A stretch of 56,447 nucleotides of DNA, from the IMG/VR virus record IMGVR_UViG_3300034061_006146, positions 1 through 56,447 of that record. One strand, given 5' to 3'. Within the stretch, counting starts at the first letter, position 1. Each line of letters begins with the position of its first letter. The notes below the pieces were generated by a model. The model did no database searches and had not been told where the DNA came from. It was given only the letters and a program-made list of their open reading frames with translations. Shown here in pieces: positions 18,567 through 27,598 of the stretch. The DNA comes from a virus. Taxonomy: Duplodnaviria > Caudoviricetes. Position numbers and translations under genes: made by a program.

Positions 18567-19675
18567 TAGCTCTTGTAATTTTTTTTAAATTTATAGTAAT
18601 TAAACTTACGTCTTACTGTTAAATCTACGCTTTGTTTGATCGATTCTAATACTTCAGTTGGAAAAACTGCTGTGCTTAAACGGATTAGTGTCTTGTTACG
18701 ATTAAGGTTATTCTCGATCGTCTTCCATTCACCTGGTTCCTTTATTTTTAGAACGTCACATGTAACTTCACGTAAAACATCAATGAAACCCTGATCACCT
18801 GAATCAATTAGAGATGTGATGTCTTTCCAATTGTAAGATTCACGCAAATGCTCAATTATTTTAGTCACCTTGGCCGGAGTCATTTTTGGATGAACTCTTG
18901 GAATATTATCTGAGGAATCACCAGCTAGACATTTGGTTATAATGTCTAGAGTTGGGTCAACTGTTAGATGTTTATAGTCCTTTTGTGTCAAATCGTTAAT
19001 TATGTTAACGATTGCAGAGTTATCGATTGACTCAATGTCAAAATTGAATAAATCGATCTCGGCTTCTTGGACTTGACCAAAATCTTCAGTTGTGTAGATC
19101 TTTTTATACTTAGTCATTTGTTTAGGCATTATCAGAATCACTTTACGCTTGTTGCTTTCAAGTAATTGAGTTAAATCCTTATCTACTGACCAAATACAAA
19201 TATCTTCTCTTAGGTTTTCGCAAATGTAAGCGATTAGATCATCGCCTTCCGCTCCTGGAACTCGGTTAACAACTATCCCATATTCTTCAGAGATTGTGTT
19301 TAAAATTTCAGTTTGGAAGTATTCAAAGAAAAGATAGATCTTATCGTCGTATTTACGTTGGCCCTTATAAGAAAAATCTCCCTCTCCATGAGTTTCAAAA
19401 TGCTCCTTAATGTATTTCTTTCTCCAACTCTTAGAGTCAAAAACAAAAAATACAGAACTGATGTTTTCCTTAAAAGGAGCAAGGATACTTCCGAGGTAAT
19501 TTACTGAAAAAGCTCTGAATGTATCCTTGCTTACCTGCTTAAGCATGAATTTATCGTCATTCAACAGATCAGAGACGTAATACTTTTCGCCCACGCGCTT
19601 GTCATTAGCTAGGATATTCTTCGCTATGCTAACGGCTACGTTAAGAAAGGCATTTCCATCAATGATTAAATTCAT
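18566..19675 (-). CDS. rnh: 5'-3' exonuclease / T4 RNase H (FEN family)
   Basis: IIDGN, VFDSKSWRK, YKGQR, EGDDLI, SVDKDLTQL, GDSSDNIP. Confidence 0.92.
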   Translation of the reverse strand: MNLIIDGNAFLNVAVSIAKNILANDKRVGEKYYVSDLLNDDKFMLKQVSKDTFRAFSVNYLGSILAPFKENISSVFFVFDSKSWRKKYIKEHFETHGEGDFSYKGQRKYDDKIYLFFEYFQTEILNTISEEYGIVVNRVPGAEGDDLIAYICENLREDICIWSVDKDLTQLLESNKRKVILIMPKQMTKYKKIYTTEDFGQVQEAEIDLFNFDIESIDNSAIVNIINDLTQKDYKHLTVDPTLDIITKCLAGDSSDNIPRVHPKMTPAKVTKIIEHLRESYNWKDITSLIDSGDQGFIDVLREVTCDVLKIKEPGEWKTIENNLNRNKTLIRLSTAVFPTEVLESIKQSVDLTVRRKFNYYKFKKNYKS

Positions 19676-19682
19676 GTTTGTT

Positions 19683-19976
19683 TTATTTAGGTTGTTCTAC
19701 ATTAGGTTGAGGTTTGCTCAACGTTTTAATAGCCTTTGCGATTAGCTCAGCTTCATCTAAGTTAAACACTCCTTTTGCTTGGCAATGGTTAGCTGATGAA
19801 ATTAGCACAAGCACTGCATGTTCGGGAGTTAGGTTTGCCAAGAATTTTTCGTAATCAGCTTGGTCAGTGTAACTTATTGAAGAAAGTAATGTTGCAATCG
19901 GCTGAGGATTACCCTCAGCTTGAGGAGTTTCAACGATAGTTTCTTCTACTGTAGTTGGGTTTTTCTTATTTGCCAT
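19683..19976 (-). CDS. Hypothetical protein
   Basis: 97 aa ORF packed between gp32 and rnh on the same strand. Confidence 0.75.
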   Translation of the reverse strand: MANKKNPTTVEETIVETPQAEGNPQPIATLLSSISYTDQADYEKFLANLTPEHAVLVLISSANHCQAKGVFNLDEAELIAKAIKTLSKPQPNVEQPK

Positions 19977-19991
19977 GTTATTTGGATATTT

Positions 19992-21050
19992 TTATAGATC
20001 TGCGAATAAATCGTCTAGGTCATCAGATTTTGCCGGAGCTGATTTTGCTGGAGCGGCCTTTGCTGCTGGAGCAGGATCACTTGCGAAATCATCATCGAGA
20101 TCGATTGACATTGAACTTGATTTTGCGGCTGGCGCTGGAGAGAATTCAATATCTTCTCCCATTGGAGCCTGAGAACGATTTACTGGTTTTGAGTTAGTAA
20201 AGTGCTTCTTCATTCTCTCGTCCTTTGTGTTTGCAACCAAGTTTTCAATGATTTGCTTGTAAGGAACGATTGCTTTAATGTAGTCTGCAACCTTTTCATA
20301 CTCAGAGTCGGTCCATTCTTTCAAGAAGTATTGGCTCATGTCTGGCGAATTCTTTTTAAAGTATTCACTAGTGAATTGCATTACCTTAGGATCAGTAGAA
20401 ACTGGAATTTCTTTACCTCCATGAGTAATGATTAATGGGCTAACTTCATTCATGAATTTACTTGAGCTGAAATCTCTCCATGCTTTAGTTTTACGCTTGA
20501 TAACCAATACGAAATCCTTACCTTGTGTAAGAGAGAATGGATTGATTTTTTGAGTCGTTACTAATTCAGACTCTGGATTAATTTCTTGCTGAATCAAGTT
20601 ATCAATTGTGTAACCGTATGAGTACACTTTGATTTGACCTTCCAAGTTAGGAAACTGAGGGTCTTTCTTGATGTAGACACAAGAATAGTAATTGTAATAA
20701 CGATTGAAGTACTTTTGAATTTCCTCAACGATTTGAGGTTCCTCGTTTTTCAAACGTTTCAACTCTAGGTCTAACGTCCAAAGAATTGATGAAGCTCCCG
20801 TTGTTGAAGGGCAGTCCACATACAATTTTTCATTGGTTAGCGGGTTGATTAGCTTAGCTGCATACTTTTTGTAGCGGCTTTTAGACGGATCCGTTACCCA
20901 TGGGATAAAACGAATTACCGATTTGTAAATACCGTTCTGACCTTGGTCTGGACCGGGATTGTACATGTTCTCGTCAACTTTACGAGCAGCAGATGATGAT
21001 TTTCCTGAGAAATCATCGAGATTGAGATTGAATAGATCTTCCATGTTCAA
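19992..21050 (-). CDS. gp32: Single-stranded DNA-binding protein (gp32 family)
   Basis: SVIRFIP, DCPST, KKDPQFPNLEGQIKVY.YG, NPF...GKDF.L, FSSSKF and acidic tail DDLDDLFADL. ATG at 21044 is an alternative start. Confidence 0.88.
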   Translation of the reverse strand: MNMEDLFNLNLDDFSGKSSSAARKVDENMYNPGPDQGQNGIYKSVIRFIPWVTDPSKSRYKKYAAKLINPLTNEKLYVDCPSTTGASSILWTLDLELKRLKNEEPQIVEEIQKYFNRYYNYYSCVYIKKDPQFPNLEGQIKVYSYGYTIDNLIQQEINPESELVTTQKINPFSLTQGKDFVLVIKRKTKAWRDFSSSKFMNEVSPLIITHGGKEIPVSTDPKVMQFTSEYFKKNSPDMSQYFLKEWTDSEYEKVADYIKAIVPYKQIIENLVANTKDERMKKHFTNSKPVNRSQAPMGEDIEFSPAPAAKSSSMSIDLDDDFASDPAPAAKAAPAKSAPAKSDDLDDLFADL

Positions 21051-21069
21051 AAATGATTTAATTTATAAA

Positions 21070-21096
21070 ATTGTACTAAAAAACCGTAAGTAGTTT
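21070..21096 (-). promoter_or_regulatory. Putative early/middle promoter AAACT-N15-GTACAAT
   Basis: Upstream of gp32. Confidence 0.65.
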
Positions 21097-21097
21097 C

Positions 21098-21132
21098 AAA
21101 AAATAAGGGCGAGTTTTTTAGACCCGCCCTTT
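21098..21132 (-). terminator. Intrinsic terminator after the Hc1-like gene
   Basis: Minus strand aagggcgggt-ctaaaaa-actcgccctt followed by atttttt. Confidence 0.8.
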
Positions 21133-21155
21133 AATGTGAACTTTTTATTAAGATA

Positions 21156-21347
21156 TTAAGCTTTAGGCTCGTTAGTCTTTGCTTCTTGAACGTGAGTTCT
21201 GCCGGCTTGACAAACTGCTTTAATATCTTGCAAAAGTTTACGAGTTCTAGTTCCAGCAGACTTGTTACCTTTTTCGTAGAACTTCACAGTTTCGTTTTCA
21301 AGTTGAGAAACTGCTTCTTTTAATTCAGTTAACCATTGTGGTGTCAT
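21156..21347 (-). CDS. Histone H1-like protein Hc1 family, short form without K/A tail
   Basis: KFYEKGNKSAGTRTRKLLQDIK matches the Hc1 hallmark KGNKAAG.R.RK. Has its own promoter and terminator. Confidence 0.8.
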   Translation of the reverse strand: MTPQWLTELKEAVSQLENETVKFYEKGNKSAGTRTRKLLQDIKAVCQAGRTHVQEAKTNEPKA

Positions 21348-21368
21348 AATTTCAAAGATTTTTTGTAT

Positions 21369-21395
21369 CTTATATAATAAAAATTCACCCGGTTT
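21369..21395 (-). promoter_or_regulatory. Putative early/middle promoter AAACC-N15-ATATAAG
   Basis: Upstream of the Hc1-like gene. Confidence 0.5.
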
Positions 21396-21401
21396 TAAAT
21401 T

Positions 21402-22127
21402 TTAATAAACTTTGTTGGAAAATTTGGCTTCTGGATAGACTTGTTTTGTGAATTTTATCCATGCCCTAATGACTTTATTGAATTGTTCGTTAGTTAGCAA
21501 GCCAGACTTAGTGAAAGGTCTCAGATAGAGTTCAAACTCTTGATCTATTGGAATTCTCTTTCGGACGGCGGATGCATGCATACCGGCAACCATTGCTGGA
21601 ATTTCGTCAGACAGTAAAAAATACTTATATGAGGACTCTGCGCCCGATCTAACCTTTCCTGGCGTTTTAATTATGTGGCCAGTTCTACGGTTGATTCCGG
21701 TTTGGAGCAGATGTTCTATTTCGTGCCTAACGTATTCAACCAATTTATGATTAAGCGTCTCATAACTTAGAGGTTCTGCATCTGGGCTAATGTATAGAAC
21801 TAATTCTAGTTCAGGTTCATCGTAATCTGAAGCATTTGGGATGTAAGCGTTCGCATCTAGTGCAAAACCGTTATCTTCAAAATTTAAAACTTCCCAAGGT
21901 AGAGTTTTAAAGTGAGCTGATCTTCGTGGATTAAATTGAACTACTCTTTTAACTATAAAATTTAGACTAAACTCCAATGGATCAGAATACGTGAATTCTT
22001 TGTGAATTGCTTTTCCTGGCTTGGTACCAGCAGTACTTTTCACAATCGAGAAAAGATCGTGAGCTATTGCAATGGCAAGAGAATCAAACTTTGATTCATA
22101 TATGAAGTTACTAAAGCGCTTTATCAT
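21402..22127 (-). CDS. Putative zincin-like (HExxH) protein with capsid-targeting-like N-terminus
   Basis: VRHEIEHLLQ plus downstream YFLLSDEIPA (candidate third ligand Glu). Begins MIKRFSNFIYES. Confidence 0.65.
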   Translation of the reverse strand: MIKRFSNFIYESKFDSLAIAIAHDLFSIVKSTAGTKPGKAIHKEFTYSDPLEFSLNFIVKRVVQFNPRRSAHFKTLPWEVLNFEDNGFALDANAYIPNASDYDEPELELVLYISPDAEPLSYETLNHKLVEYVRHEIEHLLQTGINRRTGHIIKTPGKVRSGAESSYKYFLLSDEIPAMVAGMHASAVRKRIPIDQEFELYLRPFTKSGLLTNEQFNKVIRAWIKFTKQVYPEAKFSNKVY

Positions 22128-22678
22128 TTATGGGTTACGAAAATTAGGTCAAGCTTAGAAGTAGACGGAATTAATTTAGTATCATAATCAACGTCAACAT
22201 CGCCTCGATCTTTACCTAGTTTATTTGAGGTTGCGGCTCCTTTTAATTTATCAAATAGAGTCTTTTCAATCTGTTTTTTACCGCTTACTGCTTGAGACAA
22301 ATCATCTTTGTTTGTATCTAGCTTGGAATCAGTGATCCATTTGTCAAGATCAGCTTGATTGATTTCGTATTCTTTGTATCTCTTTACTCCGCCGCCATCA
22401 GCATACTTAGAGTGCCAAGGTTTATCGGCATCTAAAAATACAACTTTAAATACTGAAGTTGTAGCGGTTGGAGCAGGCGCATTTGGATCAGGGGGTAGTG
22501 TTGCACCGGCTAACGGGTCAGACATTGGCGCTCCTCCTAAATCAGGAGGTGGCGGTGGAGGTGATGATAACGGATCAGCCTCTGGAGCTGGAGCAGGTTC
22601 AGCAGCTGGTTCCGGGGCTGGAGCTGTCTCTTCTTCCTCCAGTAATAACTTGAATTTGTCAAATGATAGTATTTCCAT
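22124..22678 (-). CDS. Pro/Ala-rich hypothetical protein, probably late
   Basis: Start reassigned to ATG 22678 (MEILSFDKFKLLLEEE) because the longer start lies inside the nrdA terminator and upstream of a TATAAATA box. Contains a PAPEP/PPPPPP linker. Confidence 0.75.
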   Translation of the reverse strand: MEILSFDKFKLLLEEEETAPAPEPAAEPAPAPEADPLSSPPPPPPDLGGAPMSDPLAGATLPPDPNAPAPTATTSVFKVVFLDADKPWHSKYADGGGVKRYKEYEINQADLDKWITDSKLDTNKDDLSQAVSGKKQIEKTLFDKLKGAATSNKLGKDRGDVDVDYDTKLIPSTSKLDLIFVTHK

Positions 22679-22686
22679 GGTAGTAT

Positions 22687-22694
22687 TATTTATA
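22687..22694 (-). promoter_or_regulatory. T4 late promoter TATAAATA (exact consensus)
   Basis: Minus strand TATAAATA ends 8 nt before ATG 22678. Confidence 0.7.
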
Positions 22695-22698
22695 AACC

Positions 22699-22726
22699 AA
22701 AAATGGGGACACAAGGCCCCCATTTG
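22699..22726 (-). terminator. Intrinsic terminator after nrdA
   Basis: Minus strand aaatggggg-ccttgtg-tccccattttt. Confidence 0.8.
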
Positions 22727-22744
22727 ATTGAAATTACGTTAAAT

Positions 22745-25165
22745 TTATGATCCGCAAGCTAGACATTCATCCTTGTTATCAAGAGAACAGACAATATCAT
22801 TTGCATTCTGTAGAGTGTCGTCTTGAGTCACCTGAATGACCGGTTGTGATTTAGCAGAGGCATCTACACCTAGGCCAGCAATGGCTGACGTAGCAGCTTC
22901 AGTTCTTAGATAGTACATTCCAGTTTTAAGTCCTCTTTTCCAAGAATGAAAGTGAGCTGATGTTAATTTAGCAGTATTAACATCCCTAAAGAAAAGATTG
23001 AGAGACTGTGATTGGCAAATGAATTTACCCCTATCGGCAGACATGTCAATAATAGTCTTTTGAGATATTTCCCAAACCGTTTTGTAGATCAATTTAATCT
23101 CATCAGGAATGTTTGGAATATTTTGTACTGAGCCTTTTTCCACGATGATTCGATTTCTCATTGTGTCTGACCAAAGGCCAAGTTCAGCAAGATCTCTAAC
23201 TAGGTGTTTATTAACTGTGATGAATTCACCGGCTAGTGTTCTACGAGTCCCAATGTTAGAAGTAAATGGCTCAAAGGCTTCATTATTGCCCATAATTTGA
23301 GCGGTTGAAGCAGTTGGCATTGGAGCAAGCAATAAAGAGTTTCTAGCTCCGTGCTTCATTAACTTTTTACGTAGTGCAGCCCAATTCCATCTACCTGACA
23401 ATTGTTCGTCAGTAAAGCCCCATAAATTGAATTGAAATTGTCCAGAGCTTAGTGGAGAACCTTCATACGAAGAGTAGGCTCCATCTTTTTTAGCTAGGTC
23501 AATTGAGGCTTCCATTGCTGCATAATAAATGGTTTCATGAATCTCTTCATTAAGCTTTTTAGACTCTTCATTTCCAAATTCCAATCCCATTAGTGCAAAG
23601 GTATCGGCTAATCCTTGAACACCTATTCCAATTGGACGATGTTTTAGATTAGACGCCTTAGTTTCAGGAGTTGGATAAAAATTGACATCAATGACTTTAT
23701 TCAAGTTGAGAGTTGTTTGATAGGCAACTTCATATAAAGCAGTATGGTTGTATTCAGCCGAAGGCTTTCTTAATTTGCCAGTCTTTTTGCCTAAAACTAC
23801 AAATTGATTTACTGGAATAGAAGCTAGGTTACAAACAGCCTGCTCATCCTTTGAAGTGTATTCAATGATCTCAGTACACAGATTTGAAGATTTAATAGTG
23901 CCTAAATTCTTTTGATTTGATTTACGATTAGCTGAATCTTTGAAAAGAATATAAGGAGTACCTGTTTCAATTTGAGACTCTAGAATTTTTTGCCATAGTA
24001 CACGAGCTTTAAAAGTTCGACGACCCTTACCTTCAGCTTCAAGACGAACGTAATTGTTTTCAAATTCTTCTCCGTACATTTCCCAAAGCTCGCAATCAAT
24101 TTCAGCTGGACAGAAAGTTGTCCAATCACCATCCTCTTCAACACGTTTCATGAATAGATCAGGAGTCCACATTGCTAAGAAAAGATCTCTTGCTCTACGT
24201 TCTTCCTTACCGTGATTTTTTCTAAGTTCAATAAAATCTTCAACATCATCGTGCCAAGGTTCTAGGTAAACTGCAAATGATCCTTTACGTTTTCCACCGC
24301 CTTGATCAACGTATCTGGCAGTTTCATTATAAACCTTTAGCATTGGAACAATTCCATTTGATGTACCGTTCGTGCCTTTGATGTAAGAACCGGTTGCTCG
24401 GATATTTGAAATAGCGATACCAATTCCACCAGCATTCTGCGAAATTGCAGCAACATCAGAAAGAGTTTTATAGATTCCTGAAATTGAATCATCGTTCATG
24501 GTTAGTAGGAAACATGAAGATAATTGAGGTCGTCTGGTTCCAGCATTGAATAGAGTTGGAGTTGCATGAGTCATTTGGTGAGTTGATAATAATTCATACG
24601 TCTTAAGAACATTTTGAATGTCCATTCCCCAAATTCCTACAGCTACTCTCATGTAAAGATGTTGAGGAGTTTCAGCAGGTTGACCGTAAGTTTTTAGTAA
24701 GTAGCTCTTCTCGAGAGTTTTAAACCCAAAATAGTCAAAGGTAAGATCCCTATCATGAATGATTGCCTCATTTAAAGTGTTCTTGTATTTTTGAACAGCT
24801 TCATAAGTTTCATCTGAAATAATGCATGCATTCTTACCGGTCTTAGGATCTATGTAGTTGTATAAGTGATCGATTGTATCACTAAAAGATTTGTGAGTAG
24901 TCTTATGTAATCGAGTTATTGCAATTCTAGCCGCAAGAACTGAGTAATCTGGATGGATGTAGGTCAAAGCCGCTGCGGTTTCTGCGGCTAATAAATCTAG
25001 CTGTTGAGTACTTATTCCATCGTAAATACCGGATACGACTTTAGTTGCAACCTCTAGGGCATCAACATAATCGGTATTTAATCCGTATGTTTGTTTTTTA
25101 ATTCGGTTCGTGATTTTATCAAGCTTCAGCGTCTCACTGTGGCCATCTCTTTTTATTACCTTCAT
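22745..25165 (-). CDS. nrdA: Ribonucleotide reductase class Ia alpha subunit with ATP cone
   Basis: MKVIKRDG ATP cone, ATPTLFNAG, QLSSCFL, SNLCTEI, VCNLAS, APMPTASTAQI, KTGMYYLR, terminal CLACGS. No intein seen. Confidence 0.97.
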   Translation of the reverse strand: MKVIKRDGHSETLKLDKITNRIKKQTYGLNTDYVDALEVATKVVSGIYDGISTQQLDLLAAETAAALTYIHPDYSVLAARIAITRLHKTTHKSFSDTIDHLYNYIDPKTGKNACIISDETYEAVQKYKNTLNEAIIHDRDLTFDYFGFKTLEKSYLLKTYGQPAETPQHLYMRVAVGIWGMDIQNVLKTYELLSTHQMTHATPTLFNAGTRRPQLSSCFLLTMNDDSISGIYKTLSDVAAISQNAGGIGIAISNIRATGSYIKGTNGTSNGIVPMLKVYNETARYVDQGGGKRKGSFAVYLEPWHDDVEDFIELRKNHGKEERRARDLFLAMWTPDLFMKRVEEDGDWTTFCPAEIDCELWEMYGEEFENNYVRLEAEGKGRRTFKARVLWQKILESQIETGTPYILFKDSANRKSNQKNLGTIKSSNLCTEIIEYTSKDEQAVCNLASIPVNQFVVLGKKTGKLRKPSAEYNHTALYEVAYQTTLNLNKVIDVNFYPTPETKASNLKHRPIGIGVQGLADTFALMGLEFGNEESKKLNEEIHETIYYAAMEASIDLAKKDGAYSSYEGSPLSSGQFQFNLWGFTDEQLSGRWNWAALRKKLMKHGARNSLLLAPMPTASTAQIMGNNEAFEPFTSNIGTRRTLAGEFITVNKHLVRDLAELGLWSDTMRNRIIVEKGSVQNIPNIPDEIKLIYKTVWEISQKTIIDMSADRGKFICQSQSLNLFFRDVNTAKLTSAHFHSWKRGLKTGMYYLRTEAATSAIAGLGVDASAKSQPVIQVTQDDTLQNANDIVCSLDNKDECLACGS

Positions 25166-25186
25166 TTATTTAGTTTTTGCTGTTTT

Positions 25187-26152
25187 TTAAAAATCTGCGT
25201 CTAATGAAAATCCTGAGTCTCCTCCAGATTTAACTCCAGCTTTTTGGTATTCGCCAACCCTCTTTTCAAAGAAATTAGTTTTACCGTTTAGCGCAATGTT
25301 AACCATGAAGTCAAAGGGATTCGTTGAGTTAAAAACTTTTGCGCAACCTAAATCGGATAGTAATCTATCGCTAACAAATTCCAAGTATTGTTTCATTAAG
25401 TCAGAATTCATGCCTATCAATTTAACAGGGAGAGCCTCTGTGATGAATTCTTTCTCAATTTCCAAGGCAGATAATATGATTTCCTTTATTCTTTCTTCTG
25501 AAACTTTATTAACTACGTGATTGTTGTGTAGGTGAACTGCAAAGTCTGTGTGAGATCCTTCATCTCGTGAAATAAGTTCATTAGAAAAACTTAGTCCTGG
25601 CATGAGGCCTCTTTTCTTAAGCCAAAAAATAGAACAGAATGAACCTGAGAAAAATATACCCTCAACCGCCGCAAATGCAATTAGTCTTTCTTGAAATGTA
25701 GAGTTCTTGATCCATCTGAGGGCCCACTCGGCCTTCTTTGCAACAGCTGGGATGGTATCAACCGCTCTAAATAGATGCATTTTTTCTTCTGGGTCGGTAA
25801 TGTACGTATCAATCAAGAGAGAATATGTCTCAGAATGAATGTTTTCCATCATGATCTGAAATCCATAAAAGAATTTTGCTTCTGGGTACTGGACTTCCTT
25901 AACGAAGTTCTCAGCCAGATTCTCATTAACGATTCCGTCGCTAGCAGCAAAAAATGCCAATACGTGTTTAACGAAATGACGCTCGTCATCGTTTAATCGA
26001 GATCTCCAGTCGACTAAGTCGGCAGCTAGATCAATTTCTTCAGCTGTCCAGAATGAAGCTTCTGATTTCTTGTAAAATTCCCACAAGTCATGGTGCTGAA
26101 TTGGGAAGACAACAAATCGATTTGGATTCTCTTGTAAAATAGGTTCCATCAT
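25187..26152 (-). CDS. nrdB: Ribonucleotide reductase class Ia beta subunit
   Basis: [60 protein letters not shown]. Confidence 0.97.
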   Translation of the reverse strand: MMEPILQENPNRFVVFPIQHHDLWEFYKKSEASFWTAEEIDLAADLVDWRSRLNDDERHFVKHVLAFFAASDGIVNENLAENFVKEVQYPEAKFFYGFQIMMENIHSETYSLLIDTYITDPEEKMHLFRAVDTIPAVAKKAEWALRWIKNSTFQERLIAFAAVEGIFFSGSFCSIFWLKKRGLMPGLSFSNELISRDEGSHTDFAVHLHNNHVVNKVSEERIKEIILSALEIEKEFITEALPVKLIGMNSDLMKQYLEFVSDRLLSDLGCAKVFNSTNPFDFMVNIALNGKTNFFEKRVGEYQKAGVKSGGDSGFSLDADF

Positions 26153-26311
26153 GTTCTTTATTATTATAGATTAAGTGTAAATGTGATGTAAAGTTCGAAT
26201 TATGGTGTCGTGTGCTTGGTTAACAGAAACTCTGTTGTTTAAATGGTTAACCTGAAGAGCACCGAACATAAAAAAGAGTGATATTTTATCATTCGATCTT
26301 TGCATCTTGAT

Positions 26312-26318
26312 TATTTAT
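26312..26318 (-). promoter_or_regulatory. Possible late box ATAAATA upstream of nrdB leader
   Basis: Minus strand gaATAAATAatc, 6 nt before an ATG at 26305. Confidence 0.4.
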
Positions 26319-26353
26319 TCGAATATAAAATACCACTCTTTGCGGCTTTTGGT

Positions 26354-27535
26354 TTAAATAAAGTCGAACTTCAATTGTTTCCTGATTGTATCAACTCTGT
26401 GAACTTTAATTTGACCTTCGTCGCTAATTTTAGTTCTACCTTTTAGATGGTTAACATCCGTGTGAAATACTTTGTCAGAATCAGGCATCTGAATCTCTAA
26501 ATTAAAGTTTTGTTTATTTAGAGTAAATTCTAAAGTTTTACCTTCAATTGAATCCTTTAGGCTTTGCCAGATTAATTGATCTTCTCCGATTTTTTCTAAA
26601 GCATCGGTTAGAATTATTCTAGGTTCACCTTTCTTAAGAACAATATCCTTGATGTAGAATTCGATCTGGTCTCCAGATTTATAGTTTTTGCTAACTTCTT
26701 CATAATTAGCAAATTCGGTTTTGTGTAATAGTCCAGTAAAGTAGTTCTGGAATTCAACGAACATTCCGAAATCATAAGGCTTATTTGTTAGAATACCTGT
26801 GTATTTTTCACCAAACTTAAGTTCATGAACTCGTTGAGGTAGAGTCTGTTTAATGTACTTCTTGTAAGAAACAATAAATAGGTCATTCGCAGAATCATAA
26901 TTTTCAATCATTACTGGAATTTCTTTATTCAAGTACTCATTGAAGTCTCTAATTACGTTGGCTGCAGCATGCGAACCTGGTAAGAAGCATTTAACTGTAC
27001 CCTTATACAGAGCAAGGTAGCCGCCTTTGACTAAATTAGTAACTTTAACGTAGAACCATTTTTCGGTCTTAATGAATTCTTCAAGATCTTCACGGTACGT
27101 TAATGCTGCACATCGTTTTTCAGAACCTAAAAAGTCTCCACCTTCTACTTTATAGATGACAATTTTAAAGCTTGCGCTTATTTCATTGTGAACTAATAAT
27201 GATGGCTCTTCAGTAAATTCCCTAAATGGAATGAATATGGTTGATAGAGTTGCATCGTCTTGCGCTTCAATCATTTTATTATCGAAGTCTACACGTTTTG
27301 CAGTTACTTTACATACTCGACCGACTTCAAAGTCCTTATTTGCAGGTTTTAAAAGTGTTCCCGAAGAATAGTAAAGATCATAGATCTCTTGAGCATACGG
27401 TTCTTTACAAAAGATTCGTACCCCCGCTTTTTTGTCCGCTGGAGTTAATTTGATTTTATGATTGATTTTACTATTGCCTTGGCTAAATAGCAAATCGAAA
27501 TCAATAACTTCTTGCGTGTTTTGGTTTTTTTGCAT
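26354..27535 (-). CDS. Ribosomal protein S1-like protein (several S1/OB domains)
   Basis: VKVTNLVKGGYLALYKGTVKCFLPGSH, IVSYKKY, LKFGEKYTGILTNKPYDFGMFVEF..FTGLLHKTE, YKSGDQIEFYIKDI follow bS1 domains 2-3. Confidence 0.82.
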   Translation of the reverse strand: MQKNQNTQEVIDFDLLFSQGNSKINHKIKLTPADKKAGVRIFCKEPYAQEIYDLYYSSGTLLKPANKDFEVGRVCKVTAKRVDFDNKMIEAQDDATLSTIFIPFREFTEEPSLLVHNEISASFKIVIYKVEGGDFLGSEKRCAALTYREDLEEFIKTEKWFYVKVTNLVKGGYLALYKGTVKCFLPGSHAAANVIRDFNEYLNKEIPVMIENYDSANDLFIVSYKKYIKQTLPQRVHELKFGEKYTGILTNKPYDFGMFVEFQNYFTGLLHKTEFANYEEVSKNYKSGDQIEFYIKDIVLKKGEPRIILTDALEKIGEDQLIWQSLKDSIEGKTLEFTLNKQNFNLEIQMPDSDKVFHTDVNHLKGRTKISDEGQIKVHRVDTIRKQLKFDFI

Positions 27536-27565
27536 AAATGTCGTATTAATGAGATTAACTACTTA

Positions 27566-27592
27566 ATTATACACAGAAACCTCTTCTAGTTT
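27566..27592 (-). promoter_or_regulatory. Putative early/middle promoter AAACT-N15-GTATAAT
   Basis: Upstream of the S1-like gene; perfect TATAAT with extended TGTG. Confidence 0.7.
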
Positions 27593-27598
27593 TAAAAA

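Noticed and set aside
22679-22723. N-terminal extension MGALCPHFWFINNTT of the 22124..22723 ORF
   Set aside because: It is encoded by the nrdA terminator hairpin and the late box; ATG 22678 is the more plausible start.
22745-26152. Eukaryote-like NrdA/NrdB suggesting a eukaryotic giant virus; possible inteins or introns
   Set aside because: This class Ia subtype also occurs in bacteria, and sheath, gp55, gp32 and GroES show a bacteriophage. Both genes have normal length with no insertion.
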